Assembly: GCA_044347745.1 (NCBI GenBank)
Contig: JBIKUD010000010.1
Location: 11,741-75,740, forward strand
Length of the DNA stretch: 64,000 bases
Direction of reading: 5' to 3'
Origin: Bdellovibrionota bacterium
Lineage (GTDB): Bacteria > Bdellovibrionota_C > UBA2361 > JAFLCA01
The notes beneath the pieces were generated by a model that ran no database searches, was not told where the DNA came from, and saw only the letters and a program-made list of their open reading frames with translations. Below, in pieces: positions 37,401 to 46,843 of this stretch (within the stretch, counting starts at the first letter, position 1; the number at the start of each line of letters is the position of its first letter). A program made the translations under genes and the position numbers.

Positions 37401-39314
37401 ACAGAACCTAAGCAACTCGGTATGATTTACTCGATTGAATTGGATAGAGACGGCGATGGAACTCCAGACTCTGCCGATACGGATCTCGATGGTGATGGGG
37501 TGTTAAATACCTTAGACACCAGCCCACGTAGCATGCATTGCCCAGAAATTTACGGTACCACCAATTCTGGAGCTTGCAGGGCCCAAGAGGAACTCGGCAT
37601 ACCAAGACAAACATTTTTTAAAATTACAGGAGCCGATATCGCCTTTGATGCAAGCGAAGCTGGGGCTCCTACGGGCAGAAATTATGGCGAATTTTTATTC
37701 GTAAACTCAGTGGCAGAATGTGGCCCAGAAGCAGATTGCGCATCGGAGTCGCTCGGGTTTACTGCCGCGCAGGTCAAACCAGAAGTATGGGCAACTTTAT
37801 TTAACTGGGGTGATGACTTTGATTTTGGTGGAACAGATGCATGCACTTCAGATAATTCTGTTTCAACGACGAGCCCTTATTATGGTTGCATCGAAACAAG
37901 TAATGGACCTATCGCCATGCCTCAGCCTCTACACGCTATGGTTGGATGGGATGTACCGATTCTTACGTATACATTTGAGTCGTTCCCAGGCGGAGGCCAT
38001 CTAAACTCTACAACTCCGGGCACAGAGCGGCGTCCAGATTCAAACCTCTTTAAATTTCCATTTATTCTGTCGTCGCTAAGACCAAAAGAAAACGGAATTA
38101 AAAGCCCGAAGCGTGTACCTCTCTATGACGTAAAAGACCCGCGCATCACAAAATCAGGGCTCCTCTGCCGCGACTATGAAGGCGAGATCTATACGACGGG
38201 TCCAGGCCCTGCAGCTGCGGCGCCGTTCAAATTAAATTTTGACAATTATTTGGGCAATTATTTTTACTCAGGCTTTGACCCACATCTTGATAGCACCCTT
38301 GATAATGATTTTGCGAATTACGCTGTAGATTGCGCCTACGACCAAACCGCAAGTTTCCCCGGCACCGATGCGCGTAAGCAAGCGGTTGAAGGAATTGTGC
38401 TGCAGCTTGACCATGATGATACTGACGGCAAAGAAGGCGGCGTAAGTGGACAGTGGCCATACCAATGGGCTGCCGGCATCCCCGCTGACCCCGAGAATAT
38501 TAATCATTTCCTGTTTATTGACCATGATGGAAATGGCGTCAGGAATCCAAGCTATCTGATTCCCCCTCAAGCCTCTGGCGACTCAGCTTTTAGCGGCGCA
38601 AGTATGGCCAATCCATTTATGGTGGTGGGCTTAGGACTACAAAATTCTGATGACAAATACGATTCACGGACGATTAACTACATCGATAAGCTACGAGAGC
38701 CTTTTAATTCTGTGAATCTTTGGAACAATCTTGGATATGGAAGTGATTATTTGATGACAGGGCCATTTGCGAGAATCAATGCCGTCACCCAAGATTCAAT
38801 TAATTTACTATTCGATAAGGGCTGGGCCGGTACCAATCTACGCGACAACGCCCTATTTGTAGCTCTTGATTTTGAGCCCTTTATTCCCAAAGATTTTGAA
38901 ATTGGAAGCAGACAAGACGCAGGGGCTGGCCTCTTTACAAACTACACAAAAAGCACCCGGTTTCGTAGGAATGCCGATGACGATATTCCATCGGCCTTGG
39001 TGGCTGCCCGGAATGTGCTTAAAATTGCCTACGGTGTAGGAGACGCGGAGTTTACCTCCGATGAGGCAGATTTCGCCTCTGATGAGGACATTAAAGCTTA
39101 CATCAATTTATCTAAGGACGGAGCGGCGTGCACTGGTGATCTCAATTCAAGCGCTGCGCTAAACTGCGACTCGGTTGAGGTGAGATATAAATCGAGTTAT
39201 CTCGGATTTGATATAGTAGTTTCTAGTAAAGTACCTCTTAATCAGGGGTACCTTAGAAATTACCAAGAAGTGTGTGATCCAAATGGCGGGCCGGAGGGTT
39301 TTGATTGTAACTAA
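34443..39314 (+). CDS. giant (about 1620 aa) TadE-N-terminal protein with FG-GAP-like, NHL-like and Ca-binding (thrombospondin-type-3-like) repeats; candidate pilus-associated adhesin
   Basis: From the ATG at 34443 (overlapping the upstream stop) the N-terminus reads ERGVAFVELALTLPILVSVVLAVGYL, a canonical TadE motif. FG-GAP-like motifs: DFDGDRREDIVVF, ADYDRDGLADYGVFDP, ADYDDDGITELGW. NHL-like motifs: GNLLYTDPIDGRLWKLD, YIADHRNMRILRLE, VYFIDQWNEDTIYD. D-x-D-G runs DRDGDGTPDSADTDLDGDGVLNTLD. The listed start at 34365 would overlap the previous gene in another frame. Confidence 0.65.
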   Translation: MQIRGNTKRHTTRCSERGVAFVELALTLPILVSVVLAVGYLYSYVRTYQIVKSAALAAATYGASGELSSVSNSGTSFLEWTHLNGGTPPFRPVAIRRHEQCRGLSAEAAETCIQTEITAERYYAQVWSDYASSVSSPLAEASPLPFKLYEKSSATPGYMLTTVLPVIGIERACYEPYNETASTITGTSRFYNASIGAANCTHVKPMYWQSPVQADFDGDRREDIVVFRPQGTSTTWGAKADKSEVDFVVFYSGSGYSQVGGRGYFNLATLPGSATAGVTPNDIPIVADYDRDGLADYGVFDPRTGDYRIAFSLSNYLVIGSGNMGVSDPSGQQGLIAVPGHYTSTTNLQLLVVRTASTTAAGRYDMFISNVINPTFEQLMDDDLTYSLPAGHAVSGNEVSSANLYKVKPAPGTVSVPAFADYDDDGITELGWLSWYGGNMAQQIAGRVIGQRSATLAKFFETDSNPDTTPMNTRMNPYDMDFDSAGNLLYTDPIDGRLWKLDADALGGISTPDTSSSHMIMPTADYQAARTLVPNPEAKFAPENVYDVTRDNRALNPADTDAPVTASERQLRTPRKFFVATDYDKALYIADHRNMRILRLESGESGIDSTSTSSVILGSSSCTSGGCSDLVDDKSPSLYSIWGDANGQYTINPSAIELVPDTENKNRYFVAFSSGNAVYLITHENEEGGPLGTDSDRIWKVAGKHSTAPSYTAGDTNAKYTDDLIADQARNSALCPIIDLKYHSGIGGGVLLMAASCSLPRMHGETGLTFQSVGGIYTLTPAFNSDKVYRFHDPLAEDLDNSIALSVGTMWVYPCTQGVCAGPQASGAGNYQRKINVMANANAIDLVNPVDMEVGPRGEVYFIDQWNEDTIYDTERFPESPNVQDRLHRNGVWIWDAATNTNSILPFTNNFFYSDGLLPVWGPDWYSPTRLGDTASIQWNILAHKAPLKNVPVPATAGITISGNTVYTSVPFVRPPSDYSESHPLYTEPKQLGMIYSIELDRDGDGTPDSADTDLDGDGVLNTLDTSPRSMHCPEIYGTTNSGACRAQEELGIPRQTFFKITGADIAFDASEAGAPTGRNYGEFLFVNSVAECGPEADCASESLGFTAAQVKPEVWATLFNWGDDFDFGGTDACTSDNSVSTTSPYYGCIETSNGPIAMPQPLHAMVGWDVPILTYTFESFPGGGHLNSTTPGTERRPDSNLFKFPFILSSLRPKENGIKSPKRVPLYDVKDPRITKSGLLCRDYEGEIYTTGPGPAAAAPFKLNFDNYLGNYFYSGFDPHLDSTLDNDFANYAVDCAYDQTASFPGTDARKQAVEGIVLQLDHDDTDGKEGGVSGQWPYQWAAGIPADPENINHFLFIDHDGNGVRNPSYLIPPQASGDSAFSGASMANPFMVVGLGLQNSDDKYDSRTINYIDKLREPFNSVNLWNNLGYGSDYLMTGPFARINAVTQDSINLLFDKGWAGTNLRDNALFVALDFEPFIPKDFEIGSRQDAGAGLFTNYTKSTRFRRNADDDIPSALVAARNVLKIAYGVGDAEFTSDEADFASDEDIKAYINLSKDGAACTGDLNSSAALNCDSVEVRYKSSYLGFDIVVSSKVPLNQGYLRNYQEVCDPNGGPEGFDCN

Positions 39315-39503
39315 AGACATCAAATATTCCGCGCACTCATCTCAGAAGGTCCCCACGAGCCACATGGGGAATGATTGAATCTAAGTGCTCAGCCAGGCAT
39401 AAAAATTTAACACAGAGCTCACAAAGAACACAGAGAAAAAGAATACTGAGAAGATGGCTTTTTAGAAGATGAAAGGTCAGCCTCCGGTATTTGCACTCAA
39501 GCA

Positions 39504-40739
39504 TTACTTTTGGGCATAACGCTTTATCGCTTTTGCCATAGCCGCAGCAAGTTGAGCACGATACTCTGCCAAGGCTAATTTTTTGGCGTCATCGGCGTTG
39601 TCCAAATAAAGTAACTCAACTAATACACAGGGCATATGGGCACCTACCAACACGTAAAAAGGAGCTTTAGCCACCAGCTTGGCTGGACGTCGCGCTTTTG
39701 TCTGAGGCGCAAGCGGCTGAAGGTCCTTTGCAATTTCCTCGGCTAGACGCCGTGAATCCTGAAGTTTTGAATTTTGGATAAAGTCGCTTAGCATAAACTG
39801 AATGTCGCCATCTCCTCCTTCAAGCGACAATGACTCATTTTCTCGCTCAGCCAACTTTTGCGCAGCCGCATCCCCTTCCGCATCCAAGTAAAACACTTGA
39901 AATCCAGACATATCCCCCTTTTCAGAGGCATTAGTATGTAGAGAGATAAATAAGTCGGCCTCAAGGCTATTAGCTAATGCTGTGCGCTCGGCAAGCGGCA
40001 CAAATTCATCGGCCGTCCTGGTGCGCCGCGCATCAATCCCGGCATCTTTAAGTTTTTCTTCAAGACGTTTTGCAATATCAAGCACCACGTCTTTCTCAAT
40101 TAAACCAGCAGGCCCCTCACCTCCCTTATCTTCTCCGCCATGTCCTGGATCTATAAGCACCCGAAAGCCGGTCGGGGCCACTTGCTGCGGCATGCCCTGC
40201 CGGTCGAATTGAGCCTGTAAAACTGTATGCCCAGTTAGTTCCTGAATACGCGCCAGCGCCACTGCAAGTTGATCAGATTTGGGATACTCCTTTCTAACTC
40301 TCTCAAAAAAAGCCTTGGCCTCCCTTTTTTTGCCGCGCTCGACAAGTGCATCTCCCATCTTCAGTAAGGCATCGTCAGCAAGCTCGCTTTGAGGGAAACG
40401 ATTTACAAGCGCAGTAAGCTGCGCGTTCATCAGTGCCTGCGCTTCAGATTCTTGAGTTACCTTGAAGATTTGCTCGTAAACTGAAGCTGCATAAAAGAGA
40501 GCAGAAGCAGCTAACTCCTCTCGAATGCCTTTTTGTTTGGTATACTGAATAAAATCTTCGGCAACCTGAATCCAGGCATTTTCCTTTTGTAGTGCAAGGT
40601 CCGTATTACGCAATTTAAAATAGCTCGACTTAAGCTCTTCAAATTTCCTATCTACATATTTCGGTTCGGCGCTCACAGACACTGCGGGAGCCATTCCCAA
40701 GGCGCAAACAAAATAAAAAAGTGCCAAAAACCATTTCAT
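39504..40739 (-). CDS. N-acetylmuramoyl-L-alanine amidase (Amidase_3, AmiC-like) with an N-terminal helical-repeat region
   Basis: Signal peptide. RVLIDPGHGGEDKGG...LFISLHTNASE...GFQVFY are Amidase_3 zinc-site motifs. The N-terminus is TPR-like. Confidence 0.85.
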   Translation of the reverse strand: MKWFLALFYFVCALGMAPAVSVSAEPKYVDRKFEELKSSYFKLRNTDLALQKENAWIQVAEDFIQYTKQKGIREELAASALFYAASVYEQIFKVTQESEAQALMNAQLTALVNRFPQSELADDALLKMGDALVERGKKREAKAFFERVRKEYPKSDQLAVALARIQELTGHTVLQAQFDRQGMPQQVAPTGFRVLIDPGHGGEDKGGEGPAGLIEKDVVLDIAKRLEEKLKDAGIDARRTRTADEFVPLAERTALANSLEADLFISLHTNASEKGDMSGFQVFYLDAEGDAAAQKLAERENESLSLEGGDGDIQFMLSDFIQNSKLQDSRRLAEEIAKDLQPLAPQTKARRPAKLVAKAPFYVLVGAHMPCVLVELLYLDNADDAKKLALAEYRAQLAAAMAKAIKRYAQK

Positions 40740-40763
40740 AGGAACCTTTTGAATTTTAAGAGT

Positions 40764-43400
40764 TCAGGGCAGCAGCTCTTTTACCTTCTGAGACAAGGAA
40801 TAAAGCAGCGTCTGACACTCGCGCGGACTTAAATCGTCTAATGCACTGTCTTGAATCTCACGTACTACTGCTTTACAAGCTTCGTAATCGTCGGGAACGC
40901 TCATCACAGGTTCCGAAACCTTGGCTACGGAGAAAAGCGAAAGTTGCGGAGTAGGCTCTTGCACACTTGGTTGCATAGAGCGCTGGCTTAAAAGATACCG
41001 TGCACGCTTTAAAACATCTGCCGGAATGCCCGCAAGCTTCGCTACTTCGAGACCATACGAGCGTTTGGCAGCTCCATCGAGAATTCGATGGGTAAAGAAG
41101 ACTTCACCCTCTCTGTCGACAGAACCTACAGAAATATTTTTTACCGCCGGGTATACGCTCTCAAGCTGTGTGAGCTCATGAAAATGGGTAGCAAAAATGC
41201 TACGGCACTGAAGCGCATGCACCATTTGTTCAAGTATAGCTTGGGCCAAGGCAAGTCCATCGGCAGTTGCAGTGCCGCGACCAATTTCATCAACCAGCAA
41301 AAGTGAACGTTGGGTAGCGGCAGCTAAAATATAGGAAGCTTCACGCATCTCCACCATAAAAGTTGATTCGCCTTCAGCAATATTGTCGGAGGCCCCAATA
41401 CGAGCAAATAGTCTGTCAACAAGCCCCATTCGGGCCGCTTTTGCAGGAACGGGGGCTCCCATGTGGGCCATGATCACTATCAGCCCAGTTTGCCGAATAT
41501 AGGTTGATTTACCCCCCATGTTCGGTCCCGTAAGAACTAAACAGCGCGGTGTTTCAGCCTTAAGTTCAATTGAATTAGCAACAAAAGCTTGTCTTAGTTT
41601 GCTTGCAAGTACCGGATGGCTACCCTCAACAATTTCGAGCTCTGTCGATTCGTCTACTTGGGGGGTGACGTAGGCTTCTTTTACTTTAAGTTCTGCAAAA
41701 CTTAAAAGCACATCTAATTCGGCAAGTGCCAAAGCAACGCGTCTAAAATAAAGTTGGCTTTTTCTTAAAAGGGAACGCAGCGCTTCAAAATAGTTTCTCT
41801 CAAGCGCCAAGGCTTTATCCTCGGCTCCCATCACCTCTTGCTCGCGTTGCTTTAGTTCAACAGTAGTATAACGCTCGCCATTCACCGTAGATTGACGACG
41901 AATGTAGTTATCGGGCACCTTTTCTAAATTGGTTCTGGTCACTTCAATAAAGTACCCAAGAATATTATTGTACTTTATTTTTAGAGATGAAATTCCGGAG
42001 CGTTCTCGTTCACTGGCTTCAAGCTCCAATATCCAAGCTTTGCCCGATGCCTTTAATTCCCTGAGCTTGTCTAATTCTACGTCAACTCCCGCGCGAATAA
42101 TGCCGCCATCACTGACAATATGAGGCGGGTTATCGGTAAGCAAACGTTGTAACTCGCTGAGGCTGTCAGTATCCGATTCAAGTGCTTGAATAAGATGTTG
42201 AAGCTCGTTGGGTAGACTAATTGCGCTCACCGACTGTTGTATGCGGGGCACCCTTTCAAGGGTATCACGCAGCGCGCCAAGCTCCTTTGGAGAAGCGGCG
42301 GCCAATTCAATGCGCGCAGCGATACGCTCAATATCAGCGCAAAAAGTTAATTCTTCTCGAATGTTTCTTCTTAGTTCATCCGCATGAGCAAACGCCGCAA
42401 CAATTGTATGACGACGCTGAATTGCGCTCAGTTCACAGAGTGGTTGCAGTATCCACTCTCGCAGCAAACGGGCTCCGGCGCTGGTTTGAGTCAAATTGAG
42501 ATGCGCGAAAAGAGTGCCTTCAAGCCCACTGTCGCGGGTATTGGTAACTAATTCAAGATTACGGCGAGTAGTGGCGTCAATGAGGAGCGAATGCGTGTAG
42601 GTACGCGCCGATATCTGACTAATACAAACCTGTTTATCAATGGTAGTTTCATCAATATAGTTTACGAGTAAACGCACCGCTTTTTTGGTCAGCGGAGCCA
42701 GCACCGCGTAGCCCGGTAATGCGGCAAAATCTCTAAGGCCCCCACGACCAGACTCAACATATGATTCAGGGCGAAATTTAAGTGACTGAGCTGTTTGCAC
42801 CCTTTCAATTTCACGCACCCAGGGCAAACGCCGGTCTATTGGCTTTGACTGAATGCTCCGGGGCAATATCATTTCAGTGGGACAAATTCTTGAAAGTTCC
42901 TGTGCAAGCTGGGAAGCTGTAAGGCCTTCTCGCACCCACATGGTGCCTGTTTGCACCTCAGAAAAAGCAATGGCCGCTTCAGCATCTGACTCAACCACAC
43001 AACTTGCCACAATAGAGGCACTGCCCTCTTCCGCTCGGCCCAAAAGCCTAATGCCCGGAGTGACAATTCGCTCAAGCTTGCGCTCAACCATGCCCTTGCC
43101 CGTCGGCACTCCTACTTGACTGACTACTGCTACCGAAAGTCCAAGAGCCACTAAACGATCGACATACCCATCAGCCACTCCAATAGGCACCCCACACATA
43201 GGGACTGGGTTTGGATCATTTTTATCTCGGGTTGTGAGGGTTAAATTAAGCGTTTTTGAAACCAGCACCGCATCTTCGAAAAAGAGCTCGTAGAAGTCTC
43301 CCACCTGAAAAAAGAGTTGGCAGTCTGGATACTGTTTTTTGTACTCCAAATACTGAGTCAACATTGGCGGCAGTTTTGGTACTTCAACAGCTACATTCAT
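40764..43400 (-). CDS. mutS: DNA mismatch repair protein MutS
   Basis: N-terminal mismatch-binding FFQVGDFYELFFEDA, Walker A TGPNMGGKSTYIRQ and STFMVEM motifs. 878 aa. Confidence 0.92.
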   Translation of the reverse strand: MNVAVEVPKLPPMLTQYLEYKKQYPDCQLFFQVGDFYELFFEDAVLVSKTLNLTLTTRDKNDPNPVPMCGVPIGVADGYVDRLVALGLSVAVVSQVGVPTGKGMVERKLERIVTPGIRLLGRAEEGSASIVASCVVESDAEAAIAFSEVQTGTMWVREGLTASQLAQELSRICPTEMILPRSIQSKPIDRRLPWVREIERVQTAQSLKFRPESYVESGRGGLRDFAALPGYAVLAPLTKKAVRLLVNYIDETTIDKQVCISQISARTYTHSLLIDATTRRNLELVTNTRDSGLEGTLFAHLNLTQTSAGARLLREWILQPLCELSAIQRRHTIVAAFAHADELRRNIREELTFCADIERIAARIELAAASPKELGALRDTLERVPRIQQSVSAISLPNELQHLIQALESDTDSLSELQRLLTDNPPHIVSDGGIIRAGVDVELDKLRELKASGKAWILELEASERERSGISSLKIKYNNILGYFIEVTRTNLEKVPDNYIRRQSTVNGERYTTVELKQREQEVMGAEDKALALERNYFEALRSLLRKSQLYFRRVALALAELDVLLSFAELKVKEAYVTPQVDESTELEIVEGSHPVLASKLRQAFVANSIELKAETPRCLVLTGPNMGGKSTYIRQTGLIVIMAHMGAPVPAKAARMGLVDRLFARIGASDNIAEGESTFMVEMREASYILAAATQRSLLLVDEIGRGTATADGLALAQAILEQMVHALQCRSIFATHFHELTQLESVYPAVKNISVGSVDREGEVFFTHRILDGAAKRSYGLEVAKLAGIPADVLKRARYLLSQRSMQPSVQEPTPQLSLFSVAKVSEPVMSVPDDYEACKAVVREIQDSALDDLSPRECQTLLYSLSQKVKELLP

Positions 43401-43488
43401 TCGAATTTAACTCAATAATATTGACCATATGCGTTGCCAATTGCAGCAAACGCCTCAAGGGGGTATGAATCAGGCTACAGGAACAAAT

Positions 43489-43872
43489 ATGAGCGAGCCT
43501 GACCGAAAAATCCAGTCCATACTGCTGGTTGATGATGAGCCTTCGGTGGTCTTTGCACTTAAACTACTGCTTCAAGCTCTTGGTTACCAGGTGGAGGCCT
43601 TTAATACCCCATCAGAAGCAGTCATAGCTCTTGAAAGCCAAGCTCCGTTTGACCTAGTGCTTTGTGATCTTAAAATGCCAGTGTTAAATGGCTTGGGCGT
43701 GCTGAAGGCTTGTAGAGCTGCAAGACCTGAGCTGCCTTTTGTCTTAATGTCTGCGCACGCTAGTTCCGAAGAAATTGAGCAGGCCTACAGCCTCGGCGCC
43801 ACCGGGTTTCTTCCAAAACCGTTTACTCCTGAAGAGCTTAAGCAACTTATCGAAAAGCTCTCAAAAACTTAG
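43489..43872 (+). CDS. single-domain response regulator (CheY-like receiver)
   Basis: ILLVDDEPSV...DLVLCDLKMP..NGL...FVLMSAH...GFLPKP are the canonical REC motifs. Start placed at MSEPDRK, which has an AGGA ribosome-binding site. Confidence 0.8.
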   Translation: MSEPDRKIQSILLVDDEPSVVFALKLLLQALGYQVEAFNTPSEAVIALESQAPFDLVLCDLKMPVLNGLGVLKACRAARPELPFVLMSAHASSEEIEQAYSLGATGFLPKPFTPEELKQLIEKLSKT

Positions 43873-43974
43873 AGCGCGTAGCAATTGCTCGCTTCGAACC
43901 TAAAAAAGCACTAACTAAAAAGGGCACTGCTTCAAATTTTGACTATCGAGACATTACCCTTTTCACATTAAACA

Positions 43975-44016
43975 AGCATAAAACAAATGGGCGCGGCACT
44001 TACGTGCCACGCCCAT
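43975..44016 (-). terminator. rho-independent terminator downstream of rpsA
   Basis: On the minus strand: ATGGGCGTGGCAC-GTAA-GTGCCGCGCCCAT hairpin (one mismatch) followed by TTTGTTTTAT. 50 nt past the rpsA stop. Confidence 0.6.
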
Positions 44017-44065
44017 AAATTGCCCACTTTCATTACTGAAAGTGAACACTGCAGATTAGGCTGCC

Positions 44066-45781
44066 TTAGCGGCCTTCTCCGTCCATCTTCTGACGAAGCA
44101 AGTCGCCGAAGGTAACTGCTGAAGTACCCTCTTCCATAAACTCAGCAAGCTGCTCTTTGTCGTTTCGACGACGAATAGCTCTGATACTGAGGCTAATGCG
44201 ACGCTCTTCGCGATCAATGTTGGTTACCTCGCTCTCAATTTGAGCACCAACCTTGAAGCTTTCGGCGATATTCTCAACCTTCTCAACGCCTAGTTGAGAA
44301 TTGTGAATAAGGCCCTCAACTCCATTCTCGATCTCAACAAAGAGACCAAAATCGGTGATTGAGGTGATGGTTCCCTGTACACGGGTACCCACTGGGTAAC
44401 GCTGCGAAATAGTGTCCCATGGATCTGGTGTCAACTGCTTGATGCCAAGGCTGAGACGTTCATTCGAAGCGTCGATATCCAAGACAATGGCTTCAACGTC
44501 ATCACCCTTCTTAAAGAGATCATGAATCTCTTTAGGATCGCGGATGCGCTTAGTCCATGAGAAGTCAGAGACGTGTACCAAGCCGTCAATTCCGTCTTCG
44601 ACACCAACAAAGATACCGAAATCGGTGATTGAACGAACTTTACCAGCAACCTTGGATCCAATTGGGTGCTTCTCGCGAAGCTCATCCCAAGGATTCGGCA
44701 TAAGTTGTTTGAGACCTAAGCTGATGCGCTGTTGCTCTTGGTCAATGCCCAAGATGACCGCTTCAACCATGTCGCCAACATTCAAGAGCTTCGAAGGAGA
44801 ACGAACTTTCTTCGTCCAACTCATCTCAGAAACGTGAATGAGACCTTCAACGCCTTCTTCAAGCTCAACAAACGCACCGTAGTCGGTAAGATTCATTACC
44901 TTACCTTTAATGCGTCCGCCTACAGGGAAGCGCTCATGCACTGTCTGCCATGGATCGGTCTTCAATTGTTTCATGCCCAAGCTGACGCGCTCTTTCTCGG
45001 CATCATACTTCAGCACCACAACTGGCACTGTTTGACCGATAGAAAGCTTCTCAGATGGATGATTTACGCGGCCCCATGCGATATCGGTGATATGGAGCAA
45101 TCCGTCAATTCCGCCCAAGTCAATAAATGCACCGTAGTCGGTAACATTCTTAACTGTGCCTTCCATGACCACGCCTTCAGAAAGAACCTTAAGGGTCTCT
45201 GCTCGAAGACTATCGCGCTCAGACATCAATACTGCGCGGCGGGACAATACAATATTTCCCTTATCACGCGTGATTTTGAGCACTTTAAAATCGAAAGTCT
45301 CACCAATAAACTTATCGAGATTGCGGTGAGGACGAATGTCAATTTGTGAACCAGGCAAGAATGCAGGAATACCAATATCAACTTGGAGTCCGCCTTTAAC
45401 CTTTTGCACTACTTTTCCGGAAAGAATTGCGCCAGTGCGGAACATGTCTTCAACTTTGTTCCATACTTTCTGCTGATCCGCACGCTCCTTAGACAGGAGC
45501 AGCTGTCCGTATTCGTTCTCAATTGAAATAATGAATACGTCGATGGACTCACCAATTTTAGCGGTGATAGCACCTTCGGCATTCATAAATTGCGTGGTCG
45601 GGACAATACCATCGCTCTTAAATCCGATATCAACCGTGACGTAGTCTTTGTTAATACCAACTACTCGTCCGGGAACAATTTTGCCTTGACGCAAACCGCC
45701 AAGACGCTCACCCATCAAGCGCTCAAATTCGCTCGCAAAACTGCCAGCAGAGCTGCCTGAAGAACTTCCAGCTAATGTCAT
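44066..45781 (-). CDS. rpsA: 30S ribosomal protein S1
   Basis: Six S1 repeats (e.g. GxV..V..YGAF(V/I)..G..GL.H.S(E/D)). 571 aa. Downstream of cmk in the conserved order. Confidence 0.93.
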   Translation of the reverse strand: MTLAGSSSGSSAGSFASEFERLMGERLGGLRQGKIVPGRVVGINKDYVTVDIGFKSDGIVPTTQFMNAEGAITAKIGESIDVFIISIENEYGQLLLSKERADQQKVWNKVEDMFRTGAILSGKVVQKVKGGLQVDIGIPAFLPGSQIDIRPHRNLDKFIGETFDFKVLKITRDKGNIVLSRRAVLMSERDSLRAETLKVLSEGVVMEGTVKNVTDYGAFIDLGGIDGLLHITDIAWGRVNHPSEKLSIGQTVPVVVLKYDAEKERVSLGMKQLKTDPWQTVHERFPVGGRIKGKVMNLTDYGAFVELEEGVEGLIHVSEMSWTKKVRSPSKLLNVGDMVEAVILGIDQEQQRISLGLKQLMPNPWDELREKHPIGSKVAGKVRSITDFGIFVGVEDGIDGLVHVSDFSWTKRIRDPKEIHDLFKKGDDVEAIVLDIDASNERLSLGIKQLTPDPWDTISQRYPVGTRVQGTITSITDFGLFVEIENGVEGLIHNSQLGVEKVENIAESFKVGAQIESEVTNIDREERRISLSIRAIRRRNDKEQLAEFMEEGTSAVTFGDLLRQKMDGEGR

Positions 45782-46046
45782 ATTATTTTGTCTTTATATT
45801 GCTAATACGAAACGCGAGATGCGCCCCGCAAGAACCAACGCTTTCTAAAGTTGTAAACGCTTATGAGCGTACGGCTCTTTATTGAATGCCCACCTGTCTC
45901 TTAACAATTTGAATCGCCAGGCAAGCGAAATAACAGTTCAAATTGCCTACGTACCTATTACGCAGGAGCCTTAAGTTCTAACAGGCGTTTGGTTTAAAGT
46001 CTATAATAGCCAAGGGGGGAGGCAACCCCACGTAATTACTTACTAT

Positions 46047-46733
46047 TTACGCACACATTCCGCGATTTTTTGCCAATACATAAAGCCGCTCTACTATAAT
46101 GGCAACCGGTTCATGAGAATTATCGATATGCTCTGCATCTGGTGCGGCCACGGTTGGAGACAAAGCTCTTTCGGCATCACGCTTATCTCGCTCCAAAATC
46201 TCTATGCGTATTTTGTCGGCTACAGAGTGTTCGTGAGCATTTATTATTCCCAGTTGCTTTAATCGGCGCGCGATACGCACCGACTCATCTGCATGAACAA
46301 ACAACTTCAGCTTCGCTTCAGGGAATATCACCGTGCCAAGATCCCTTCCCTCAGCAACTATCGGATGGGGTAAAAATGCCGTGCGCTGGCTTTCACGCAA
46401 AAATTCGCGCACCACTCTATGCTGCGCCGCCTTCGAGGTAGCCTCTGAAACATGAGGCTCTTGAACTTCCCGGGTGATGTCTCGTCCATCCAGTTTTAGC
46501 GCCGGAGCCCCGTCCCTGCCAATGTCTAGGCTAATCTGATGCTTCGACAACAAATTCTGTAAGGCTGCCGAGTCCATGGGATCAACTTCAGCACTCAGCG
46601 CTGCATACGCAACCGCTCGATACAGTAGTCCGGTGTTGAGATGAATAAATCCCAGTCGATCGGCCAGAGCGCGGGCCAAAGTGCTTTTGCCTGAACCAGC
46701 AAGGCCATCTACGGTAATAACATGACGTGACAT
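46047..46733 (-). CDS. cmk: cytidylate kinase
   Basis: ITVDGLAGSGKSTLARALA P-loop. Typical Cmk length and motifs. Confidence 0.9.
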   Translation of the reverse strand: MSRHVITVDGLAGSGKSTLARALADRLGFIHLNTGLLYRAVAYAALSAEVDPMDSAALQNLLSKHQISLDIGRDGAPALKLDGRDITREVQEPHVSEATSKAAQHRVVREFLRESQRTAFLPHPIVAEGRDLGTVIFPEAKLKLFVHADESVRIARRLKQLGIINAHEHSVADKIRIEILERDKRDAERALSPTVAAPDAEHIDNSHEPVAIIVERLYVLAKNRGMCA

Positions 46734-46843
46734 AACAATATGTATACATGAGCAAACGCCGCAACAAAATCCCTGGTCTCAAGGCGTAGCCTTATGCTGC
46801 GTAGCTGAGTAAGATTTAAAACTACAACCGGCGCTAAACCTGC

